NCBI RefSeq assembly: GCF_018977255.1
Contig: NW_024704742.1
Location: 42,968,001 to 43,032,000 of the forward strand
Direction of reading: 5' to 3'
Length of the DNA: 64,000 nucleotides
Source: Callorhinchus milii
Taxonomy: Eukaryota
Part shown: in pieces, positions 1 through 11,634 of the stretch
Numbering within the stretch: the stretch's first letter is position 1
How the letters are laid out: every line of letters starts with the position of its first letter
Notes under the pieces: model-generated
Told to the model about the DNA's origin: nothing
What the model saw: the letters and a program-made list of their open reading frames with translations, nothing else
Databases searched by the model: none
Program-made: the position numbers and the translations under genes

Positions 1-70
1 AATTCTACCATCATAAACTTATTAACTGTAATCGGCAGTGTGATGAGCTGTATCATTCATATTATATAGA

Positions 71-381
71 AATAATAATCCTTGCATTTGATATAGCACT
101 TTTCACGTCTGCTAGACGTCTCAAGGTGCTTCACAGAATATACTGTAAAGTGAATTGACTGTATATTTGTGGGTGAAACGCGGCAACCAATTGCGCACAG
201 CAGTGTCCCACTAACAGTCATGGATTGAGTGACCAAATTATTATTTTATTTTTTTCTTGAGGGATTATTATCAGGCATGTGGAGTAAGGAAACTTGCCCA
301 AGGTTTCGCCCTGCCGGGAATCAAACCCAGGTCTCTCGCTTCAAAGTCGAGTGCTCTAACCATTGAGCTAGAGGACTCCAC
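71..381 (-). mobile_element. tRNA-derived SINE family A, short subfamily
   Basis: Pol III box A TAGCTCAATGG and box B GGTTTGATTCC on minus strand; (TTA)n tail; multiple copies in window. Confidence 0.9.
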
Positions 382-508
382 TAAGGAAAGCACTTTAATT
401 CAACACAACGTGTTTATTGAAGTAAAAAATACATGAGACAAGTATGAAAACCTTTTGTCTATTTGGCAAGAAGTAACTTTTTTGTGTGGGATCCTTATTT
501 CTACCAAC

Positions 509-673
509 CTGAAGTTCCCTTTGTTATTCATCACTCTTTCAGGTGGGCAGTACTGAGCTGAACTCTCTAAGACAACTATGTCAACTTGCTTTGTATTGTT
601 CCCACGTTTTGTTCGAACACGACATTCCCAGTTTCCAGTGGAGCCCATTTGGATATTTGAGATTGTCAGGGCA
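509..673 (-). CDS. ADGRA3: ADGRA3 coding exon (exon 8 equivalent, end of Ig / start of HRM)
   Basis: 165 nt, acceptor aatgcag, donor gttggt; ALTISNIQMGSTGNWECRVRTKRGNNTKQVDIVVLESSAQYCPPERVMNNKGNF(R); inside ORF 400..717. Confidence 0.96.
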
Positions 674-1671
674 CTGCATTTAAAAACAGATAAATTCGTG
701 TTTAGCAGAAACAACACACACAGTTGGATAATCCTGAGCTTTGTGTTTGCTTTTACTATAAATATCCAGAGCTGTCAAGATATATCAACTGCAAGCAAAT
801 GAATGTGCATTAACCATGAACTGAACTCTGAAGTGGTTCATTACTTCTTAAAGCTATTAGCTGCTATATAGTGATTTTTCCATGCTGAAATAATTTAAAA
901 TTGAGAATATGATTTTAAAGCAATTCAAAGTATTTAAGAATCTTAATGCTGAGCACAGAATTTATATATTCTCTGAAAATGCAGAATTGCTAAATATTGC
1001 ATAGGATATCAAAAATATTTCTTAATTCACGTTTGACTCATAAGGTTAAACATGTTTTTCAACCATGAGATTATATTTCAATAATTACATCAATATATTA
1101 ATGCTTAAATTGCTTGCAAGGAAAGCAAAACTTCAGGTCTCCATAGGGTTGCCAGTTTTCAGCTCAAATATTCTCAAATAGCTTCATAGCTGAAACATTA
1201 ACACTTTTGGAGTTGGGAATGAGGCCCACAATGTAACCACGTTATAAGCAAATTTGCACTCAAGTGAAACACATTATAATGGGATTCCACTGGATTATAG
1301 AAATAGCTATTCCTTATATTTGAGTGGCTTTATTACTCTAATGTTACTTTCAGCATCACACAACTCACAAAGCTATTTTGACCTTCCATCAGGCTACGAG
1401 TTAATGCAGAAGTTAGTAGATACAGTATGTTGTAGGATCAACAGAATATTATAAAAAGACACAACTGACCGAAGATTACAAATGTAGAATGTGCGCAATT
1501 TACAGTTTAATATATTTAGCGTGTCACTTAAATTTAGTTGTAAAGTCTAAGAAAATGTTGTACTTTGTTTTGGTTTTTCATGCTGATTAATGAATATGTT
1601 CACAAAAAACAAACTACTATACGGTTATCTATGCTTTAGGCTATTGAATGTTATATCAATTGATTCATTAC

Positions 1672-1885
1672 CTTGCAATAAGGGAACAATTATGGATCAT
1701 ATTTTTTTCAACCAAAATGCCTTGGGACTCATCTGTTTCCACTATTTTTCCATCCTGGTACCAGAGTACCTGCATGTCTTGATCAATATATGAGGCCATG
1801 CATTGGAAAGGGAGGCTGTCTCCCTCAAACACCACCTGGCGATGGGAAGGGGTCAACTGAAAGGATGGCAGCTCAAGAGGCGTAT
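1672..1885 (-). CDS. ADGRA3: ADGRA3 coding exon (exon 7 equivalent, Ig-like domain)
   Basis: 214 nt, acceptor taacag, donor gtaatg; (D)TPLELPSFQLTPSHRQVVFEGDSLPFQCMASYIDQDMQVLWYQDGKIVETDESQGILVEKNMIHNCSLIA(S). Nearly identical to ADGRA3 and distinct from the paralog ADGRA2. Confidence 0.97.
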
Positions 1886-3425
1886 CTGTTATAAAGAGAA
1901 CAATTAATTACATATTTATTTATCGTGCAGAATACAGCAGTGTAACTAACTCTTTTAAATTGTTAGAAAAATTCACCACAACATACAACCTAATAATATA
2001 ATGACTTCAGTGACAAGTGTACAAGCTGTCTCAATATATCTGGCTGAGAAGCATTGTCAACAATTCAAAATTATTACTGAATTAGTTGTAAACTATGATT
2101 GAAGTAAAGTTTGCAAAAGCAATAAAATCTTTCAAGAAAATGAAGAATGCATTATTGGTAACCAGATGTTCTGGAACTCTTTGTAAAAAATATAGTTGCA
2201 AACAAAATTCTGTAACAACAATTTGCATTTAAATAGCACATTTCACATAGGATAACATCTCAGAGGCTGAGCAAATGAGGGGGGGTGGGGTTGAGGGAGG
2301 TGACCAAAGTCAGCCTAAAAATAGATTTTAACTTAAGATCTGTGATGGGCAGTGCACTCGGAGGCAAACCAATTTAAACAATAAGCTACAATTAAAGATA
2401 AAGAAAATTCTCAAAATTAGAATAGGTCTTATTTGCCTTATTAAGTCTCGCACCACATAAAATGAGCAAAATTCCCGAGTGTGCAAAACTATACAAAAAA
2501 CCTTTTGGGTCATATACACGCATTGTACTAACTTAAGTGACCTACATTTGCCAAAAAATATTCTCTATGCATCGCACAATTGACTTTGCTTATACATGTC
2601 ATTTCCCAAACATTAGTGCTGAGGGTGAAAGTCAAGAGTTCTTCGATGGCCCCAGGAAGTTACTGCATTTTGCTGCCTTGTGCATTAGTAGCCACACAGC
2701 ATCAACACAGCAGCAGTGTAAAGGACTGAGAGGTATGCTTGTGCCAAGGAAAGCAGCAGGCTGGGAGGGGGGTGGGGGGGAGACAAGGAAGAGGCAGGGA
2801 CGAGGGATAGGAGGAAGAGAGAAAAGGGGAGTGGGGAGAGAAGGAGAGGCAATTGTGGGTTTGGATCAGTGCTCTGTGTATAACATACAAATAGTACCAT
2901 GTTTAAATATTGTTTTCACTTCAAGATACATAAGCACATCAGCCAAAAGTTCAAACTTTAAAAACAAGTTCAGCCTGAAAAATGTGGTACTATTTTTCCC
3001 CCTTTAATCTCTCTCTCCAGCCTCCCAAGAACACTCACTTCTGGCAGGACACATTGCCTTCTGCCAGCACACTGCCAATTGTGTGTCTGGGCGGGCAGCA
3101 GTGCTGAGAGTAGGATTTCAGCAGCTTGTGGGAGATCAAATTTCATTCCACCAGAATGTAGTCTCACTGTGCCGCCCACTTGCATGTGACTGTCAAAGAT
3201 GCCCTTTGGATGATAGTTTTCAAAAAGGTTTGCCAATTAATTTTCTCTGCCAATACAAGGTTACAAAATGCTTCTTTTGAATTTCAAGAATAATACAAAA
3301 AAACCCAAGATATTTTGAATGTATTTCAGTTTTGTAAATTACAACCTTCTTTCCTTGGTTATACAAGAGTGAAGAAAGTTGTGATCATGCTCGTTGTACT
3401 TTAATGCTTTGTCTTTGTATCTTAC

Positions 3426-3586
3426 CGCAAGTCAAAAGTTCCTTTCGTACACTTGTCACAAGCTGCTGCTGTAGAGACTTTGGATAAGGGCATTTAGTTT
3501 CTCGCACAGTTATGTTTCTCGCCTTTATCCATTGAATCATCCAGAGTAAGTTGCAATCACACATAAGATAGTCCGTTTGAAATTCT
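3426..3586 (-). CDS. ADGRA3: ADGRA3 coding exon (exon 6 equivalent, LRR-CT)
   Basis: 161 nt, acceptor tttgttag, donor gtaaga; EFQTDYLMCDCNLLWMIQWIKARNITVRETKCPYPKSLQQQLVTSVRKELLTC with the LRR-CT CxC motif; inside ORF 3385..3678. Confidence 0.96.
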
Positions 3587-4009
3587 CTAACAAAGAGAAA
3601 AGAAAGTAAGAATACCAATCTTATTGGGGAATCTTCACTCTTCAAACCATTGGCACACCATAGGTTTGAGGTCTGCACCAGTTACCAAAATAATGAGGAA
3701 ACTTTGAAAACTATATTGATGATACCATGTCAAAGGATACAACATCCTGTATGTGCAGCTGAGCTCTCTAAATGTTCTTCAGTTTGTTTTTACCATTCTA
3801 ACTTGTCTTATTGCTTAGCTATTCTGCACTTAATTGAGATCGCATTATGGTAGCACATGATAAACAAGTGGCAATTCGTTCAGCAGAAGATGCAACACTG
3901 AAAAGGATACAGGTCGGTTAGGGAAAATTGCACGTACATATTAATATAGTACTGGGGCAAGAGTACTCAGCAACTATTAATCCTGCAAAACAAAGTCCTA
4001 ATGGTGGTT

Positions 4010-4330
4010 CTAGTCGTGGAAAGCTTGTCAAACAATGATTTCAATGGCAAGCTATGCAGTTTAGCCATTTAAACCTAAACGAACACTCTGGGGTCCCCCA
4101 AGCCTTGGCTCTTGTCAACCTGTGCCTAATACTCTCTGGAATTAGTTAAGCAGAGCGCAGGTCTCTGTAAAGAGAGTGCACATTCCATTCCAGACGTGGA
4201 AACATCCATGTACGGGTTGCATACATGAAACTCTCAGCTTCTTAAACTAGACTGAGAGTTCCACATATGCTACCTATGCATTGAAATGGGTACCCACATG
4301 TGTTAGACACCCAGCTGATCAAAAAAAATC
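4010..4330. repeat. Unclassified interspersed repeat (copies at 4010-4330, 7757-8060, 45235-45375)
   Basis: Shared blocks such as aagcttgtcaaacaatgatttcaa and ccaagccttggctcttgtcaacctgtgcctaatactc in three places. Confidence 0.7.
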
Positions 4331-4420
4331 CATAACTCCATATAATTTTCAACATCCTTACCAGCCCCCTCCCCACCAGACAAAAGGTACATAGACAGAA
4401 TCTTCAAAAATGACACTCAC

Positions 4421-4492
4421 ATGTACTTCAGTGATTGAAGGCTCTCAAATGTGCCTTGAGACAATGTTGAAAACAGGTTTCCTGAAAGGTTT
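4421..4492 (-). CDS. ADGRA3: ADGRA3 coding exon (exon 5 equivalent, LRR4)
   Basis: 72 nt, acceptor attttcag, donor gtgagt; NLSGNLFSTLSQGTFESLQSLKY(I). Preceded by a 109-nt intron (4493-4601). Confidence 0.95.
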
Positions 4493-4601
4493 CTGAAAAT
4501 ATTGATGAAAACAATCAACTTTAATTCACTGTACAAAATGCACAAAGTGCTAGGTTTAAAATCAACTCAAATTTTAAATAATGGTGAAACGGTTAACTTA
4601 C

Positions 4602-4673
4602 AGACGGATAAGATTTGAAAGGCCTCTGAACATTTCTCCATTTATACAGCCTATCCTGTTGTTCGATAAATCC
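4602..4673 (-). CDS. ADGRA3: ADGRA3 coding exon (exon 4 equivalent, LRR3)
   Basis: 72 nt, acceptor ttcttacag, donor gtaagt; DLSNNRIGCINGEMFRGLSNLIR(L). Confidence 0.95.
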
Positions 4674-4737
4674 CTGTAAGAAATTGAATTAACCAAGTGT
4701 ATCAATAGGATATTGAGCGTTAAGATGAGGAACATTT

Positions 4738-4781
4738 TCTCCCCCAGGACGGTTTAAGGAAGTAAACCCTCCTGGGGGAGA
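4738..4781. repeat. Inverted repeat, 19-bp arms with 1 mismatch, 6-nt loop
   Basis: TCTCCCCCAGGACGGTTTA aggaag TAAACCCTCCTGGGGGAGA. Confidence 0.92.
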
Positions 4782-5939
4782 GGCATAGACTTAAGCTCCT
4801 ATTTCTTCCATATTCCCTACATCAAGACATAATGCTTAGGGCAGGCTTGCTCCTGGGAAATAGTCAATGTAACTGTTAACCAAAAAGAATATAAAGACAT
4901 ACAGGTTGAGAATCCCAGTCCGATGATTTTCCTCTCCATTATGGTGACCCTTGGTCTTCTTTAACAAGTTGGCTGAGATCCAGAACTTAGCAGTGTAGGG
5001 GAACAGTACCTGTGTCCCACTACTCATCAACTTGGCTGCACTGAAGACAGTTAATAGGCTAATTTAAAAACTTATTCTCCACTTGACAAACACTATTAAT
5101 AGATCTCTGCCTCTACAGGCAGACTTCAGGCTGCTGCTGAGACGTTCCAAACAATAACACAATTCAGAGATTAAGGAAGCAGAACTCTCGACTGGTAGCA
5201 GAGCTAAGACCAACATACATCTGCCTTCATATTTGCAAAAATAACTTAAATAGCATTTAGGACGTCAAACTCCTTGCCCGCTTCCACGGCTAGGCGGTAC
5301 TCTTGCCACCCTTCTCCCCCTCACCCAGGATCCCCTCTCACCACACCCAGCACCCCCTCTCCTTGATCTACAGATAGTGTTAGGCTTGTATTGTATTCTT
5401 AATTGTATTATTTTATGTTTTGGGGAAATTAAGGAGAGTGAACATCACAAGCCCACCTTGACTAATATCCTATATGTGTTTGGAGAACAGCATGTCTGTT
5501 TAAGTATACAAGTGAAGGGAAGCACAACTAGAAATTTCCCCAATCTGTTTAATAAGTACTGCATACTTAGATGCGTACAAACTTAAAAAAACAGTAAGAG
5601 GTTGTGTTTCTGTTTTTCATGCTCTCACCTCAGTTTTGCAAATAAATTTAAAATGCATAGCTCAGATTGACTTTGCGACCAGGTGGGATTAGCATTTAGA
5701 TTTTTGCTCGGATTCAAAATGTTCAGAATTGTGGCACTACAATGCTCGAATACTGTGATAACAGTGTTCAACTCAAGATGTATTATCATCCCTGGTCCTT
5801 GACATTGGCAAATGCCAGATCAGCTGAAAGTTGCAACTACACCTCATTTCTCTTAATCTAGTCATAATAGAGTATCAACTAGATGAACCACATTAATAAA
5901 TACAGGAATACATAATTAACTGAGTATTTTAATACTTAC

Positions 5940-6011
5940 AATCTTTTCAGGACTGAAAGCCCCCCAAAAGCATCTGGTTCAATATTACTGATAAAGTTGT
6001 TCTTCAAGTCT
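5940..6011 (-). CDS. ADGRA3: ADGRA3 coding exon (exon 3 equivalent, LRR2)
   Basis: 72 nt, acceptor ttcttgtag, donor gtaagt; DLKNNFISNIEPDAFGGLSVLKR(L). Confidence 0.95.
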
Positions 6012-6069
6012 CTACAAGAAAGAAAATCAAATATTAATTCTTGTCATTTAAATTATTTACTTTTCGGTG

Positions 6070-6280
6070 TATCTAAACAATGGTCCATGGAGTGAATGAT
6101 CATCTTTATTTGGGGGATTGTTGGCCAGGACACTGGGATAACTGTCTTCTCTTTTCAAATAGTGCCAATGCATCTTTAACATCCACCTGGACAGGCAGAC
6201 AGGATATCAATTTAACATCTCATCTAAAGGACAAAAACTCCAACAATGAAGCACACCCCCAGCAATGCACTGGAGTGCGA
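6070..6280 (-). mobile_element. Deu-domain SINE fragment, about 60 nt upstream of the exon 3 acceptor
   Basis: ttggccaggacactggg...ttcaaatagtgccaatgcatctttaacatccacctg...tttaacatctcatctaaagg. Confidence 0.75.
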
Positions 6281-6631
6281 TCATGATTTCAACTATGACA
6301 TTATAAATGATTAGCACAAAGAGCAGAGGCAAATATCTAAAGTGGCATTTCTTTACAATGACAAAGAGGTAAAATAAAATACCCCTCCCTTTGTTGATAA
6401 TAAACCTTAAAGAATTTTAGGGTTGCATTGCAATCCTCACTTTATAAAGAGGATTTGACTTTTTTTTCCCTTCAATCTTTACTATGCATCAGCCTGGCTC
6501 ATTTGGTAGCAGAGTCAGAAGATCGTGCATTTCAAGCCTCACATTCAGTCGTTAAGATCATAGTCTCAGTTTATACTACAAAGCAGCATTGGGGGATTGA
6601 TGCATTATGCTTTATGATAAAAGCTTGGCAA

Positions 6632-7476
6632 ATGAAGGTGGTAGACTGCAAAGATGAACAGGAAGGTTCCAGGAGAATTTGAACATTCTTGGGAATTGGG
6701 CAGATGGATGGCAGATAAAATTTAATGTAGACAAATGCAAAGTGCTTCACATGGGGATAAAAGTTCCAGGTAGGGACTACTATTTAAATTGGTAAGAAAA
6801 TAATCTGTACAGAAAATTAAAAGGACCCAGGGATCCTGATCGATAATAAAATGAAGTTATCCCAACACTGCTCGGTAGCAGTAAGGCAAACCAGATACTA
6901 GGTAGTAATGAAAGGGCATTATTGAGCCAAAATAGTGGGGTAATCCTGCCATTTTACAAATCACTGGTGCGACTGCACTTGGAATACTGTGTGCAGTTCT
7001 GGTCACCACAAAATAAAAAGGATATTGCAGCAGTTGAGAGGATACAGAGGAGGGCAACCAAAATGATTGAAGGGATGGAGGGACTGGACTATGAGGAACG
7101 ATTAGATAAACTGGGCATATTCACACTGGAGAAGAGAAAGTTGAGGGGCTATATAATTACAGTCTTTAAGATTCTGAAGGGAATAGATAGTGCAGACGAT
7201 GACAAGCTGTTTTATCTTGTACTGAACAGTAGAACCAGAGGACACGGCCTGCGACTGAAGGGGCGTAAATTCAGAACAAATCTGCGGAAACACTACTTCA
7301 GTGAGAGAGTAGTAAACTTATGGAACCGGCTCCCTAGAGAAACAGTGGAAGCAGAAAATGTAAGCTGTTTCAAGAACAAATTAGATAAGATTTCTACTAG
7401 AAAATAATATCTCAGGATACAGTGTATAGTTTGGGACACATGTCAAGCAACCGCCAGGATGGTGGAAGGTGAACTA
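6632..7476 (+). mobile_element. 5'-truncated CR1 LINE (RT C-terminus and partial 3'UTR)
   Basis: ORF 6922..7407 YKSLVRLHLEYCVQFWSP...ERIQRRATKMI...RTRGHGLRL...FSERVVNLWNRLP is typical CR1 ORF2 end; same family as 13381-18330. Confidence 0.93.
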
Positions 7477-9781
7477 CAGGAACATAGAGACCAAACAATC
7501 TCGACCTTGTAGCTGGACAACATCTCAAGAAGAGCAGAAAATGGGGAGAAAATCAAGCAGTTTCTTTTATGTCAAAGAAAGTATTCTATACAGACGTTCT
7601 GACAAATTCAAAAAATATTCACAGAGTCAGCTAAATTACTTCACTGATTGCATGAATCCTGAGAAGGGCAGCCTCAACAGTGGAGAGGATAGAGCTGCAG
7701 TTCAAGGACAGGAGCTTGCTGGTCTAAATCTTTGTCAGTCCTGACCTGGACAAGCAGTGGGAAGCTTGCCAGACAGTGCTTTCAATAGCAAACAATTTTA
7801 GGTAGTCAGAGTTCAGCAATACCCCAACACTTACTCGCGGGTTCCCAAGCCTTGGCTCTAGCCACCTTGAACCTAATATTCACCAGAATTAAGTAAGCAG
7901 AGCCCAGCCTTCTGGGAAGAGTGTGTGTATTCCATGATAGACACAGACATTTGCATGTGCAGGGCTATGTATAGAAATCTGTCTGGTTTGGATACTTTTA
8001 AGCACGATGATGGGTTTCAGCACGTGTCAGACATCTTGCTGACGAAAATAAAAAACAATCCTAAGAACGGAATTAGCATGTTTTGATCAATATTAAAAGA
8101 AAATTATGTATGTGTAGTCAGTTTTTTAAAAAAAAGCTTGGCAGAATTTCTCCAGTTTCGTAACAATTAATTGAGCATCGGAATTTAAAGAAACCCACTT
8201 TTGTGGGTGTAGGATATACAGTGTTCTCTGAAAGCAGCAAGTTATAGCATCCTTTATGAGACTGAATAACTCTTCATTTTTATAAATACAATGGAATTTC
8301 TTTTTAATAAAATTATTCAATTGATGAATCTCAACTCCTGCTCACTCAGTCTAGCCCATTCCACATCCCCCGCCCCAGTGTGACAACAGGTATCTGTGGA
8401 CACATTTTTGCAATACTGTATTATCCTCTACAAACTTTTCCATCAAAATATTTTAATTCAGGAGGTATTTTTCAAGGAAATAGGGGTGTTTGATTTATTA
8501 CTCTGTGATTCATTTTAGTTTGCTTTCTTTGGCAACTGCAGCTCCACACGTATAGCCATAAAAACAGATGAGGAGAGCTCAGCATAAGCTGCCAGTGTCA
8601 GACACAGTTCAGGCTTGGTTCCTGCGCACTATGGCCTGATCTCAAGCCCTAGCAGCTCAGAGACTTCAAAGTTTGATAATCCGCACATGTAGACTGATTC
8701 TCCTTCAAGTTTGAGATGGTACAAGAACAGCATTTGCACGTACAAACTGCCAAATTATCGGAATGCCTCCATTGACTGTGCCTGAATGAAAGTCAGGGGA
8801 ATGAATGGAAGCCGCCAAAGACAGTTGTAAAACAATTCAAGACAAGTATTCTGCTGTGAACAGCTGAAGCTACTTCCTTCAGTGGGAACATGGGACAGAA
8901 GGCTGCAAAGCACTGCGTGTGTGCGCACATGTGATGGGGGGGGGGGGGGGGAGCACAAACTACAGGCTATCAAAATATTCCAGTTTTTAAAAATTCAGGA
9001 GTAAACACGTCATCTGTAATAGTGGAATAAAATGGCTAAAGAAGCTCAATCACCAAATTTGGGGAGATATTAGTTTCATAAATACTTGACTTCTTTTGAT
9101 TCTTTGCCCTCCAGCTTTCTTTTCTGTTCGTCTGCTTCTTCCTCTTCATTTATATTTCACCTTTTTGTTTGTTTCTTCAGAGGTGCACCTGGTCAAACCC
9201 CTTCCCCACACTCTATGTGAGGGGGACCAGGCCCCTGTGATCTTTTCACTGTTTTCACTCACAGATTGCCACAACTACTGACTGAGAGATCAGTCAAGAG
9301 CCATCGACAAAACCGATGGAACCAGACCAAAGATTAAAGCTTCAGTGGCCTGAGAGTTCACTTAACCTGCAAGACTATCTTCTCCTAAAATTTAAGATGG
9401 AATAATATTAAATTAAGTTGAAAATGTCTTAAATTAAGTTCTAATTTTGAAGCCAGTTCTTTTTATAAATTGTGGAAAATTGGCTTCCAAATAAATTGAA
9501 TCCAAGAGTTTTTCACAAGTCGACACAATCTTAAATTTTGAGATAAATTGTTTTCCAGGCAAAGATTACGTGGAATTTTAATCCTCGGGGGACAATGATG
9601 AGATGGACAATGGAGAGTAGCATAGAAAACCATTCCCTTTGGATTTTGTCTTTCAGTCACAAATATCATAACTAAACACTTTAAAATAAATGCTTTGTAC
9701 AATTTTCTTAGTGTCGTATTTATTGGAATGTACTTTTTGTGTTAGTAACCATCTTTCAGAACTATAGCCTATTAAGTGTCA

Positions 9782-9938
9782 ACTGCTGTCATGGGTCTGA
9801 CACAGTTATACTGCTCTCATGGGTCCGATTCATAAAGTTAAAGCACTCTCGTGGGTCTTGTACACAGTTACTGCTCTCATGGGCCTGACACAGTTATATT
9901 GCTCTCATGGGTCGGATACACTGCTCTCCTGGGTCTGG
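9782..9938. repeat. Degenerate minisatellite, unit about 28 nt (actgctctcatgggtctgacacagttat), about 6 copies
   Basis: tgctctcatgggtc-like core recurs at about 9784, 9812, 9844, 9872, 9900, 9922. Confidence 0.85.
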
Positions 9939-10512
9939 TAAAGAGCTTTTGTTGTGGGCCTCATCCATTATTTTTCATGTTATAAGATAAGACTTCAAAA
10001 GCAATTGACAGATTGTATTACATAATTAGTCACATAATTTCCACTGTACAATGGATTAACATTAAGTATTAAGGTTTGATTCATAATTAGAAACATAAAT
10101 AGGCTATTCAGCCTGTGTATGTGAAACAACTGGCTAATTCAGAGGAACCTTTTGTTTTTCATTAGGGTGAACAAAGTGGGAAAGATTCACATCCATCGCT
10201 TTTGCACTTTTAACTGCAAGCCTGTTGCCTCCTTTTAACCTTACACAGGAACAGGGGTAGGCCCCTCAAACCTGTTATGCTATTCTATTAGATCATGGTT
10301 GACCTGTACCTCAACTCCAATTACTCCATTCCTGTGTACCCATTTGCACTGAGCTTCCCATTACCTATGATCTTCCAGAGGCTCAGATAAAATACACGTT
10401 TGCTCTGTGTGATTGCTGATGGTCATTTTGATGCACTATATTTCTCATATATTTTATATACATTTAACAATGTCTCTGATCAGATATAACTTATGTGACA
10501 ATTAATTACTTG

Positions 10513-11634
10513 CACCAACTGAATGATTGGAAGCCCAATCATAGAAAACTAAGATCCCTTTGTGTATCTCTACATAGATATCTGGCATTTCTATGCATTT
10601 ACTTTTATTTCTTCAGTGCTGATTTGTACGTAAAATTCATTTGAGATTTATTCTAACAAAGGAATCGGAGTGCACAATCATTTATAATTCTTCTGAGCAA
10701 CTGCAGGTTTGAGTGCACACAACAGTTTACAAACTTATCAAGAACATGGGTCGGATAGCACAAGATGTTAAAAAACTTGCACTTACAAAGTGCCTCTGTC
10801 ACTTGGGCAACATCTCAAAGTAGTTTAACCTGCAAAAACTTTAGTGTTTCAAATAGGCAAAAGGCATGATTCTGAACTTCCACCTAGAAAATCAGAAAGC
10901 AAACCCTGTGTGATCCTTTGAATGTTTGTTGTGGTGATTGAGGCCTCCACTATCAAGGGACCATGGAGAAACAGCTGCATCTCTCACTGCAGAGACCATA
11001 TGGATTAACAAAAAACAACCCTTCAGAAAATCGACTTGGAAGTGTGTGCATTGGCTTGTTTTTTATTTTCAAAATGGGTTTCAAAGAAATGAGAGATTCA
11101 AAGAAATGACAAAATATCCAAAATCTGTTTTTAAAATCCAAGAAACTTACGTTAAGTGTATCTCATATCCGAAAGAAAACAATGGCTAAAACAGCATTCT
11201 AACAATCATGTTGTGTTGGACACTTGAAAAATACATTTAAAAACTCCCAAGAGGGGAGAAAAATATATTAACAGTTTAAATTGTTTATTAATTGCTTAAA
11301 AGGCAACCTTGAAGTGTTGTGAGCTAAAAAAAAGTTAACTGAGATTCAGCACTAATGTTTGGCAGTTACCATTTATTTCCTGAGTCTCTCTGCAAAATAT
11401 GTTAGAAAAATTTAAAATTAAGTAATACCACATCATGTAAAGGCCCATGAATTATTTTCACCAACTGAATGGAAAACCCAATGCAAGTGGCTACACATAA
11501 ATGTAACTTCATAGAATAATGAGTTCCTTTTGTGTGTCTGTACAGAGATATCAGACATGTTTTTGCATTTACTTTTATTTCTTTAGTGCTGGCTTGTATG
11601 TAATATTACTTTGAGAATTATTCTAACAAAGGAA
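10513..11634. repeat. Pair of diverged direct repeats (10513-10664 and 11459-11634)
   Basis: Shared caccaactgaatg, tgcatttacttttatttctt and ttattctaacaaaggaa blocks in the same order. Confidence 0.85.

Noticed and set aside
2537..3007. 156-aa ORF
   Set aside because: Open because of a purine-rich low-complexity tract (2760-2850); antisense within an ADGRA3 intron.
9782..9938. CRISPR-like repeat array
   Set aside because: Eukaryotic intron; the units are degenerate tandem copies without unique spacers, i.e. a minisatellite.
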